This document shows positions 27,357-38,522 of a stretch of DNA of 64,000 nt, in pieces. A program made the position numbers and the translations under genes. Where the stretch lies: the NCBI GenBank assembly GCA_964016885.1, contig OZ024741.1, positions 221,898,001 through 221,962,000 on the forward strand. The letters are read 5' to 3'. The notes below the pieces were generated by a model that was given only the letters and a program-made list of their open reading frames with translations, did not search any database and was not told the origin of the DNA. The first letter of the stretch is position 1, and the number at the start of each line of letters is the position of its first letter. Source of the stretch: Eledone cirrhosa. Taxonomy: Eukaryota.

Positions 27357-27396
27357 CTGTCAACACGTTTCTGGCTTATCGCCGTCATCAGGACAG
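27357..27396 (-). ncRNA. Minimal type I hammerhead ribozyme motif
   Basis: Minus strand reads CTGTC-CTGATGA-CGGC GATAA GCCA-GAAAC GT GTT-GACAG: a 5-bp stem I, an intact core, stem II, a short stem III and a GUU cleavage triplet. Confidence 0.75.
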
Positions 27397-27727
27397 TGTT
27401 CTCTGCTGGAATTTGATACAGGCGAAAATATATAGTTTTTTTTGCTTATGTACATGGGCTGATTAGCCTCATTTGCATATGGAGCTGTCAGGCCAACAAT
27501 TATCCTCTACTGCTTCTGCTGGAATTTGCTAGATGGCATTAGCCATCAGCTTTCAAAATTCATAGCTAAAGGGCTTTCAAAACGTTTATTCGTAAACATA
27601 CTGTATATCATTATATATACAAAATTCACATACTTATATGTATACAGCTATGTTGGAACAAAAACTTTAATATAAATTTACTTTTCATTTAAACCTTTTT
27701 TTCAGCAATTTGATAAAAATGACTTAC

Positions 27728-27920
27728 TTTATAACTTTGTAAACGGATGAAATCAATGGAGATTGGGATGGACTCCTCACTGTTGCGATTCAATTGTTTA
27801 ATCTTATCTAACAAATCGGCAAAGAACTTATAACCTCCTTTTAGTACACATAGAACCACAATTCCTTGATTTTCTTGATGAATTATATCTTGAACAATGT
27901 CACGAGCTATTCGTTCAATT
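27728..27920 (-). CDS. HPRT1: HPRT coding exon 3: (R)[64 protein letters not shown]
   Basis: 193 bp, tag/gtaagt boundaries, [16 protein letters not shown] and DFIRL.SY motifs. Confidence 0.98.
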
Positions 27921-28284
27921 CTAAATAGATTTAAAATTAATATATATATATATATATATACAAATATAGTTTATATGAAGCATTGTGAGATGTGGTTATG
28001 ATTGCTTTGACAAAATCAGTCCAATGCAAATTAAAAATACAAGAGTGAAAACCAGAGTAAAGTAAGAAAAACAAAACCAAACAACATTTTACACTTTTAC
28101 TTTATATTTTGTGATTAGGGCCCCTTTTTTTCAAAGAGAAAAGAAATGGTAAAAGAGCTCCTAACCTTGAAATATGTTCAAGTATTACACTTGAAAGTGT
28201 AAAGTGTTTTGTTTTTCTTATTTTACTCTAGCTTCCACTCTACTATTTCTAATTTACATTCTACTGACATTCCTAAAACAATCA

Positions 28285-28322
<38 letters not shown>

Positions 28323-28326
<4 letters not shown>

Positions 28327-29613
28327 AAAAATAGTGTTTGAAAAAATGTAATGACTGACCTTTTGGTTATTTAGAAGATTTCTGTATTAATATACAAAGT
28401 AATTTGATAATTATTTATATATTTTGTCTACTTTAACCAGTTTCAGCTGTGTTTACAGCCTTTTCAAAAAGATTTTCGTTACAATCTTTCTAAAAAAATG
28501 TTTTTGTTTATGTTTATCTCATGTGGTTGGTTGCTTGTCTTATTGCTGAGTATAAGGGATGCATTTGGTTTTATCTTTGTCACTTATGACCTTTTTTCTT
28601 GTTTTATTTTTAACTTAGCCAAGCAAATCTGTACAATAGTCTCAAACCCAACAATCAGAGACCACATACTAGAAGAGATGAAACAAATATTTATCAAGAG
28701 AAAATATCCCCAGAATTTAATCAACAATAGTATCCAAAAAGCAAAGCAAATCAATATCCAAACATTCTGAGAAACAAAAACAAAAGAAAAAAGGTAATAC
28801 CATACATTTCAACTTTCAACCCATAGAAAACAGATTTACAAACACATACAACTATCTTATTAACGAATGCAAAGCTACAAACCGTTATTGAAGAACCTGA
28901 AGTAAAAAGGTGCAATCAACCCCACTGTGGAGTATGCAACTATCTGTTAGAAGGCAACAAATTTAATTTCAAAGATGGATCCATCTTTAAAATTAAAAAT
29001 GACTTCTCTTGCAACTCGAAGAATCTAATATACATTATAAATTGCAAAGGCTGCCACGAACATTACATTGGACAAACAGGCACTTGACTCCGAAGATGAA
29101 TGACAGTTCACTGTCAACAAATCAGGGATCCAGACACCAAAAAGATCTCTCTCAGCCAACACATAGAGGAATGTGGAGGATGAATTCTGCCAAATTTTGA
29201 TGTCTTCCCATTCTACCAGTGTAGTTAAAATTTCACCCAGGAAAAACGGATTAGTAAGGAAAGATTTTTCATAAGTGAACCTTTTTACACACATAAACAA
29301 CTTTTTTTTAAAGAAAAAAAAACAATCAAACCCTTGTAATAAACCATATTCTCCTTGACATAAGCGACAAAGATAAAACCAGTTGCTTTCCCTGGTTCTC
29401 AACAATAAGATAAGGAACCACGTGAGATAAACATAAATGAAAACATTTTTTTTTAAAGACTGTAACAGAAATCTTTCTGAAAAGGCTGTAAACACAGCTG
29501 AAGCTGGTAAACAAAAATATATAAATGTTTATCAAATTACTTGGCATATTAATACAGAAATCTTCTAATAACCAAAAGGTCAGTCATTACATTTTTCAAA
29601 TCCTATTTTCCAT
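28323..29613 (+). mobile_element. 5'-truncated Penelope-like element (RT C-terminus plus GIY-YIG) between inverted pseudo-LTRs
   Basis: LAKQICTIVS..RKYPQNLI, CNQPHCGVC and SCNSKNLIYIINCKGCHEHYIGQT (GIY-YIG). About 28323-28600 is the inverse of about 29350-29613. The left end abuts (TA)n. Confidence 0.9.
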
Positions 29614-30169
29614 AAAACATATGATTTATAAAGAAATCCCTAACGTTTTAATTTTTTCAGTATATATATATGTATAATTACTGCATTTTCTTGTGTTTAA
29701 TATTTTGATCTAAAATCAAGGGCAAAATGTGTGATCATATTATACACAAGTGCACATTTTCAGAAATTTTTACTGAATTTAAAAATACACATTTCAAATA
29801 GTAAGATTGCAAATGAAATCTTTAATGTTTTTATTGTTGTAAAATATCAAATCAAGATTTTGATGAAGAACATGGCACAAGTTAACAACAAAAATTACTT
29901 TGATATAACTGTACTTTCACAAGGATGTGATATATTCCCCTTTTTGTTTTATCTTCAGAAGTAGAGGTCATATCATACTCAAGATATCATACACAAAGAA
30001 ATACAGTTAGACAAGAATAATTAACATTATATAATTTAGATAAAAATATGCAATTGAAGTAAGGAAAACTGTTTCTTCCATTTCTTGCAATAATTTTAAT
30101 TCAGTTAAGATTAATTACTAGGATGTGAAGTCAGAGTAGAATATATTTTCTGTTTATATTTGACAGAGT

Positions 30170-30570
30170 GTTCTGGGTGTATTTTATTGCGGCACCAGCA
30201 CAACCACTTTACAGAATTTTATAGATGCATTATGTTGTGGCACCAGCACTACCACATTACAGCATGTAGTAGGTATATTTTATCATGACACAAGGACGAC
30301 CCATTTTATAGAGTGTATTTGGTGTATTTTATTGTTGCACCAGCACTACTACTTTACAGAGTGGATGCATTTTCTCACGACACCAATACTTCCACTTAAC
30401 AGCGTGTACTGGGTTTCATTGTGGCACCAGCACTACATTACAGAGCATACTGGGTGCACTATACCATGACACCAGTACTGCCACATTACAGAACCTATTG
30501 GGTGCACTATACCGTGACACCAGCCTTGCCACATAACAGAATCTATTGACTGCGTTGCAGCACCAGCACG
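30170..30570. repeat. Degenerate tandem repeat of about 45 bp
   Basis: Recurring GCACCAGCACTACCACATTACAGAG..TGGGTGCA..TATCGTG. Similar units occur at 7490-7680, 10360-10470 and 49740-50230 in RTE/SINE 3' regions. Confidence 0.7.
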
Positions 30571-30638
30571 CTAAGATGACACAGTTATCAAACAAAGGAA
30601 AACAGCTCACAATGAATTTTCATTATTATCTATTTTGG

Positions 30639-30820
30639 GTGGTGGATTGGCAATATCGGTAGAGCATCAGACACCATGCTTTGTGTTCTGAATTTGTGTT
30701 CTGAATTTAAATCCCGCCGAGGTTAACTTTGCCTTTAATCCTTACAGGGCTGATAAAATAAAGCACCAGTAATGCACTGGGGTAATTGCTGGCCTTGTGC
30801 CAAAAGTAGAAACAATTATC
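30639..30820 (+). mobile_element. SINE family 2 copy
   Basis: Same head and body as 3968-4153. It lies about 55 bp inside the intron from the HPRT exon 2 donor. Confidence 0.85.
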
Positions 30821-30873
30821 TATTTTGACAAAGAATTAAAAATGTAGACATGGATCAATTAGATGAAACTTAC

Positions 30874-30980
30874 CTGTCATTAATGAGTCCAGCAGGTATC
30901 ATAATATCAGTTAAATCCTCTTCATAATGTTTAGGAACACAGAACATATTCAATGGGTAGCCAGCATAATTATCTTTAAT
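30874..30980 (-). CDS. HPRT1: HPRT coding exon 2: IKDNYAGYPLNMFCVPKHYEEDLTDIMIPAGLIND(R)
   Basis: 107 bp (same as human exon 2), cag/gtaag boundaries, GY.L..FC.P.HY.EDL..IP.GLI.DR motif. Confidence 0.98.
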
Positions 30981-32072
30981 CTGTAAAAAAACAACAGCTT
31001 AATAAATTACCATGTTACAATAATTTCTCAACATAATTTATTCTCTCTCACCCACCACACCCTCCTATTTATCTGATTACAACACTCTACATACTTTTAT
31101 TTTCTACTGGTTTTATTTGAGCACATTGACTCCAGTACTTATTTTTATCAAGTCTGGTACTTTTATTGATATCTTTCTGTCAAACTGCTATGTGACTGAA
31201 CATAAACAAACAGTAAACATCATCATCATCATCATCATTTTACGTCCGCTTTTCGTAAACATAAACACACACACATATATATGACTGGCTTCGTAAACAT
31301 AAACACACACACATATATATGACTGGCTTCCACAGTCTCTGTCTACCAAATTACACTCACAAGGTATTGACCAATCAGAAATTATAATAAAAAACACTTT
31401 CCCAGGGTGCCACACAGTGGGACTAAACTTGAAACCACATGCTTTTAAAGCAAACTCCTTGACCACACAGCCGGAAAATGAGATAAACTGAGTTAAATGG
31501 GTTGTCCTTTTGTAAGACAAGTCAGATCAGATGATCATGTCTTGCTCACCACAAAACCGTTTCTGGAGTGGTTTTTACAGCTGGATGCCTTTCCTAACAC
31601 CAACCACATTTACAGTCTGGATTGGGTGCCTTTTATAGTGGCACCCAAAACGACCACTTTACAATGTGGCCTTTTGTCATGTCACCAAAATGACCACTTT
31701 ACAGTGTAGCTAATATATATTGAAGTTATATTGAAGTAATATTAAGTTAACTTAGAATTAACAGCTTCAATGCACACTTTTCATTATGAAAAACAGTCTA
31801 ATTGGGCATATAAGCCTAATTTGTAACTCACTCAATGGTTCAAAAAATAGATTATAGATATATATATACACACTCACACAAACAAGCCTCAAACAGTAGG
31901 AGTGAACCCAAAACCATGTAGTTGCAAAGCAAACTCCTTAAGTATACTGGAACTTGACTCCATTTGTATTAACAAATATAACAGTAACAAAATCTTAACC
32001 TTCTCTTTCTCCCAATTTTTTACCATTTGTTTTTAATGTTTTTGTGTTTGGTATTTGATGAATGATAAAGTG

Positions 32073-32725
32073 CAACCTTTTTGATACCAACCTGCTTGAA
32101 ACTACCTTTGTTTCCATGATAAAAATTTCCCATTTTAAAATGTTTATATTTAAATTAAAACCTCAAAACATCATTTTCTATGTAAAAAAATTTTGTTATA
32201 TTCAAAACACTTAAATGAATGAAAAAGTTATTTTTACTAAAAGCATCCAAATTCTTGATTGTTTTCAAAATTAACTAAAATACATTCAATATATTTCATG
32301 AGAAATATGGTCATGAAAGAGTCAACCCTTTTGATATTAAACTGTCTGAATCTATCTCTGATTCTATGATACAAAACCATATCATTTTATTTAATGAGAA
32401 CCTATTTTTAGTTATGACCTACACACCAGCTTCATAATAGGAAATTATATTACTAAATCATTCAAAATTTTTATTTTCAAAGTAATTTGAAAAGTCACAG
32501 ACAGTGTCTTTCATTAAAAATATGGTAACGAAAGAGTTAAAGTGTTTATAATTATTTTAAAACATTCAATCATAACTTTGTTAAATTATATTCCAAACAC
32601 CAGCTTAAAAATGAGAAAGTTGGTTATATAACTAGATCCATTCAAATTCTTTACTATTTTCAAAATTATTTTTTTAAATCATAGGGAATATAATTTCATT
32701 AGAAATATGGCCATGGAAAGGTTAA
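32073..32725 (+). mobile_element. Cluster of about three TTAA-type (piggyBac-derived) MITE copies
   Basis: Repeated AACC(C)TTTTGATA..AA starts and ATATGGT.A.GAAAG(A/G)GTTAA ends. The same family occurs at 6175, 16060, 17630, 35860, 40700, 51276 and 51980. Confidence 0.65.
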
Positions 32726-32962
32726 TACTGCTGTACTCAACTGTGATGTAAGTTCATTGTGAGTACTACACAGTATCTTGTACACATGTAGTTTTAATGT
32801 GTTTGATATCTATTCTACATAGATCAATGTTTTTGAAGGGAAAATTATTTAAAAACTGTGCAACTCTGAAAATAGGCTTTTGTAATACCTGATCCTAAAC
32901 TGAGAGAGAAAGGGTTGAACTTGTGAAATTATGCAGTATATATCATATATGTATATATATAT

Positions 32963-33256
32963 ATCATCATCATCATTTCATTTTACGTTTGCTTTTTCCT
33001 TGCTTGCAAGGGTGGGACGGGAACTGATTCTGGCTTGATTTCTACAGCTGGATGCCCTTCCTAACACCAACCTCATTTACAGTGAGTGCTGGGTGCTTTT
33101 TTGCCGTGCAGTCCCTACCATCTCATTTCTACAGCTGAGTAAACTGGAGCAATGTGAAATAAAGTGTCTTGCTCAAGGAAACAACACATCTGAGAATTGA
33201 ACTCACAACCTTTCGATTACAAGGCCAATGCTCTAACCACTAAGCCATGTGCCTCC
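32963..33256 (-). mobile_element. SINE family 1 copy with small deletions
   Basis: Matches 14333-14672 and has a (GAT)n tail. Confidence 0.9.
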
Positions 33257-33813
33257 ATATATATATTTTCTATATATAAGAAAAAGAAGTTGAAAATGCA
33301 ATTGGAGTCTTTAAGAAAGTTTATTTACAATAACTTATAACTTTACCCATTTCACAAGTTTCATGATTTTCAATAGTTAAAAGAGATGGAGACATGTAAC
33401 TCGCAGATGAGAGTTATTGTAAACCTTCTTGAAGACTCCAATTGCATCTTCAATTTCTTTTTCCTATATCTTTACCCATGTAGGATATATTAAAAACCTT
33501 ACTTCCAAATATACATATATAAATTCAGTAGAGAACTCTTTATACATGTTGAGTACCACTCTATAAAATAGGGTAGAGAGAATTTTTCAGATTGGCTGAG
33601 CAGATGACAACTTTCCTAGTGCTAGTGCTGGTGCCATGATAAAATGCACCTAGAACACTTTGTAAAGTATTTGGAAAATTAAAAAGAAACCAATCCAATT
33701 ATGGAACGTATGGGCAAGATAGGGTTCCCCAACCAGTCTAGGTCTCGTACAATGAAAGCCCACACAACCCTTGCTAGTATAACTTAACAAAGGTTCTTAC
33801 ACACACACATATA

Positions 33814-33882
<69 letters not shown>

Positions 33883-34075
33883 TACACATATACATACTCA
33901 CACACATATATGTGTGAGTCCCGGGTTCAATTGGGAGTAACCATAGTTAGTAAAGTACTCAATACATTAGTAGAATGCAAACATCAGGATAGCTTTTCCG
34001 ATGATTTCTTTTGAATGAAACGGTTCTAGTCATGTAGAAGCCATTTCTATATTAAAGAATATATATATATATATA

Positions 34076-35040
34076 CTAGCAGCCTCCCAGCCTTCACCCT
34101 GGTAAGTACTGTGTTTAAATCTATTCATAAGGCAGCACCTATTGTCACCTGTCGTAATGTCCATGTTCCTTAGAATATAAGATGTTAAAAGGTATTTAAA
34201 TATTGCATAACATAATTTTAAAAATTTATTTAGAATATCTAAATGTAATAAAGAAAAGAATAGGAAAATTCTATTCTATGAAAATTATAAAACATTTACA
34301 GTATTTCAGTATGTGTAATGTTTTTAACTTTTTTCTTTGGAGCATATATGAAGAGTTTGTGAGGGCTTCCTACTCTGGACAGTCACACACACAATGTGAG
34401 AAACATCCCTCTTCTTGATGGAGACCGACAACCTTCAGAGTTTGACCTTGGGACTTGTTAATGGTCATTGTGTAACTGATCTCACTGGAAGTTACAATAA
34501 CTTGAAACGAAATGGGATATCTGCTGGTATTTCCGGTATTCTAGGTATAAATACGATGTCTCCTTTACCACATCCAGTGAGGAGTTTGGCTTTGATAATG
34601 TCAGGCTAGTCACAACCATACGCGTCCCATTGCACAATCTTGGCTGATCCAAGTTTCTGAGAAGCATGGTAACTATGCTCTTCTCCAATTCAAGATTGTG
34701 TGGCAGCATACTGGATTGTTTTGTCTATGTTAATTAACAGACCTGTCTTTAGAGGCCTGTGTGTCAAGTTGTTATCGACTGCTTTCAAGTTCATTCTCCA
34801 ACAAGCCAATATCATCTGTATATTCAAAGTCACCAACCCAGGGTTATAATGGCCGCCTCTATTTCAGCCTTAATGTTCAAATCATGTTAAACAGGGAGAA
34901 TTTCTCTACTTATTATAACTGGTGGTGCATTTAAGAGATTTGAAAATATATTTCGTTTGCAACTCTAGTCTCTATCATGCGACATTAGTGCTACTGTTAA
35001 TTTAATCTAGCCAGTCAAGTCCGTACTATATATATATATA
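34076..35040 (-). mobile_element. Internally deleted Helitron with a Pif1-type helicase C-terminus
   Basis: LPHNLEL..MLLRNLDQPRLCNGTR, LTGCGKGDIVFIPRIP, MTINKSQGQTLKVVGL and SRVGSP motifs. 3' end CTAG|T at 34076. Confidence 0.9.
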
Positions 35041-36739
35041 TATAAAAGAATTCAGACACATGCACACGTACACACACAAACAATATAAAAGACTCAGGCA
35101 AGCACGCGTTCCCCCACACACAGACAGACAGAAGCAATAATGCAGGTCAGATTAGTTGAAAACACATGAAAAACCTTATCTATCATCAATTTTATTTAAA
35201 GTTATTAGCAGTCAACGTACAAACAAACTTCCTTTTCATAAGGATATAGATAGATATATACATACACGTAGATGGAAAAGAAGTAATGATTGAGAGAGAG
35301 TGTCAGATGTCAGGTCAGATGGCAACAAACAAAAAAAAGATAGAAAAGTTTTAGTTAGTTAGAGGAGGTGGTTTGAGTCAGAGGTGTAGTATTTTCCTGT
35401 CTATATATTGCTAGAAATAATAATAAATTCTCCTCCAAATCACCCTCCCTCCATTCCATTTTTGGAAAATAAGTCAAGTGAGCTTGATGGTGGTCAAATT
35501 AGTTGAAAACATACAAAAATCCTTAATTATTATCAATTTTATTTAGTGTTATTAACAGTCAACATGCAAACAAATTTCCCTTATATATATAGTCCAACCC
35601 TTGCTAGCAGGGAAAGCGGACATTAAAACGACAATGATAAAGACATATATATACATATTTATATACACATATATCAGATAAGGGCATCCAGCTGTAGAAA
35701 TCAAGCCAGAATCAGTTCCCGTCCCACCCTTGCAAGCAGGGAAAAGCAGACGTAAAATGAAATGATGATGATGATGATGATAGCCAATTAAATCTACTAG
35801 AGTTCAATACTGACATTGAGTTTCTCAATCCTTAAATGATGAAATATAGTTTCAATGGGTTTAACACTTTAGATGCCAGCCCTACCCAAACCAACTCTGG
35901 TTCTATGAAATAACAACTCATTTTAAAAGGTTCCTATTTGTATTCAAATTTTCCACCATAATTTTTGTAAGCCTCTCAAAATTCTTCATTAACATTTCAT
36001 TACCATATTTCTAATGATAAACAGAACCTACAATTTTGAAATAATCAAGAATTTGGGAGGTATTTAATAATATAACTAACTTCCACATTATTTATCTGAT
36101 ATTTAGAGCATAACTTAACAAAGGTTCTTACATAAAACCATGATGGAAGGCCAGTTTGATAACAAAAGGGTCAGATTGGACCAAGAAAACAATGTTTCCA
36201 TTACTGATATTATCTAATGATCTAACATATCTTGAATATATATCTTTAAAGACAGGGAGTCAATTGTCAGACTGGACCAAGGAAACAATGGTTCCATTAC
36301 TGATATTACCTGTTAGTTTAACATATCTTTAAAGCGAAGGAACCAATTGTCAGCACAGACCAATGAAATAATGTTTCCATTGATCTTTCCATTGCTGATA
36401 CTATATGGTGGTCGCAACTCCTGGCAGAAAGAACCACATGAAATACAGTATTTTGCTCAAGAACACAACACAGTGCCAAGTCCACAAATTAAACCCATGG
36501 CATTATGATCATGAGATCAACACCCCAACTACTAGGCCATGCACTATTTCCATTAATTGAAATAGTATTTCATTAGAAATACAGTTATGAGAGAGTTAAT
36601 CAAGAAAAACTAAACTGACCTCATATAACTACAAAGACACTATTTTATTTTATATAACATTTTTAATAAGAACATCAACATCATCACTATTTTATGTCTG
36701 TTTTTTTTAAAATGCCTGCATGGGTTGCACATTCCCTCT

Positions 36740-37260
36740 GTGAGATTCAATGCCATGAGATCAACTCACCACCTTTGCCCAGGTCTTCCTCTCCTGTGTA
36801 TCTTGGCACTTCTTCCCCTAACAGTCATGTCCATACCAGTGCAGTCATCTCACTTGCTAACTACATCTGATTTCTCTTTTACCCAGTTTTTATCTCAGCT
36901 CACCTATCAGAACATGTTTGCTTCATTTTTTCCAATCACTGCATGTTCCAGCATTTACTGTTCATGCCTCACTACCATGCAACATTGCACTTTGCATGCA
37001 GTCATCATACAATCTACCCTTCAGATGGAAGAAAAATTCCTTTGTTGTCAGCAGAGGCAGTAGCTCCCTGAATTTTTTCCATTCCGTTCTTATTCTAACT
37101 ACTTCTAGCTACTATGCTTTCAGTACAACCCCCTTCACTACTAATTATGTCACCTAGGTAATAGAAACTATGAACTAGTTCTGTGGTACCTTTCCCAGGA
37201 TTGGAAAACAATTTCACTGGTGTTCTTAATACTAACTAATCTGGTGCATCTGTTAAATAA
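36740..37260 (-). mobile_element. Old RTE LINE 3' fragment
   Basis: Remnants of GWKKFRELLPLL, AMLHGSE and RRGRPGQRW. Confidence 0.75.
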
Positions 37261-38191
37261 AAAGTCTGCCTGTCATCTTACTATAAACATGAAAAGTAAG
37301 TCAAACAAAATCAATATACTACTATAGCTGAGATATATACATTAAAAAAAAACTGTTTACGTACACGGGAATGTTGAGAAATAGGCTTAGGTTAACAATA
37401 ATAATAAAAGAATAAAGCCTAAGATACATCCATACAAAATATACCAATAGAGTATATATTTGTACTAAATAATATCATCATTAACAACATTTAACATATT
37501 TATCCCTGCTACCAAAGGTTATAGCTGATAATAAATAGAACAATGTTTTAAATTAACAAACAATAGTTTTGAAACTAAAACATAACAACTAAACATTTTA
37601 ATATTTTCTATCATCACATTTGTAGAGAGTTTGTTATGAAAGATGATCAGAATAATAATAAAAGTGTTTAACTCTTAACATTTCAAAATGATTCAACAGA
37701 AAATTTCTAAAAAACATGTTTGTTAATTAAAATGTTTATAGTATGTTTACAAGTAGACAGATTGTTGCGAAAATTTGCAGTATTCAAATAAAGACTTAAA
37801 TTTTTAATGTGATGCAATCATAGTGTTGTTTTGTACTTTTTAAGAATGTTTTGCTAATGTGGTTTCATGTGATACAGGACATCAAGAGTTAAGCACTGAT
37901 ATAATCATACCTCCATTATAAAGTATTTAAACATTAATGTAGTAAATCCATTATAGCATTTAAACACTGATGTAGTCATACGTCCATTATATAGTGTATA
38001 TAATAGTGTTTAAACATTGATCTAATCATGCATCCATCATATACAATCCAGTTGGAATATGTGAATATATTTTAGGTAGAATCCAATTTAAATTTGATGA
38101 AATGTTTCTAAAAAAGCCAACTTCATTTTTCTGACTCTACTAGTGAGACATCTCAGTTGAGATGTCTGTTTAAAGAGGAGAAAGAAAAAGA

Positions 38192-38522
38192 GTGAAAGGT
38201 ATTGAGAGTGAGGGGCAAAATAGAGTAAAAGGTATTGAGAGTGAGAAGCAAAATAGAGTAAAAGGTATTGAGAGTGAGAAGCAAAATAGAGTAAAAGGTA
38301 TTGAGAGTGAGGAGCAAAATAGAGTAAAAGGTTTTGAGAGTGAGGAGCAAAATAGAGTAAAAGGTATTGAGAGTGAGGAGCAAAATAGAGTAAAAGGTAT
38401 TGAGAGTGAGGAGCAAAATAGAGTAAAAGGTATTGAGAGTGAGGAGCAAAATAGAGTAAAAGGTATTGAGAGTGAGGAGCAAAATAGAGTAAAAGGTATT
38501 GAGAGTGAGGAGCAAAATAGAG
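38192..38522. repeat. 33-bp purine-rich minisatellite, about 10 copies
   Basis: Unit GTAAAAGGTATTGAGAGTGAGGAGCAAAATAGA. Confidence 0.97.
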
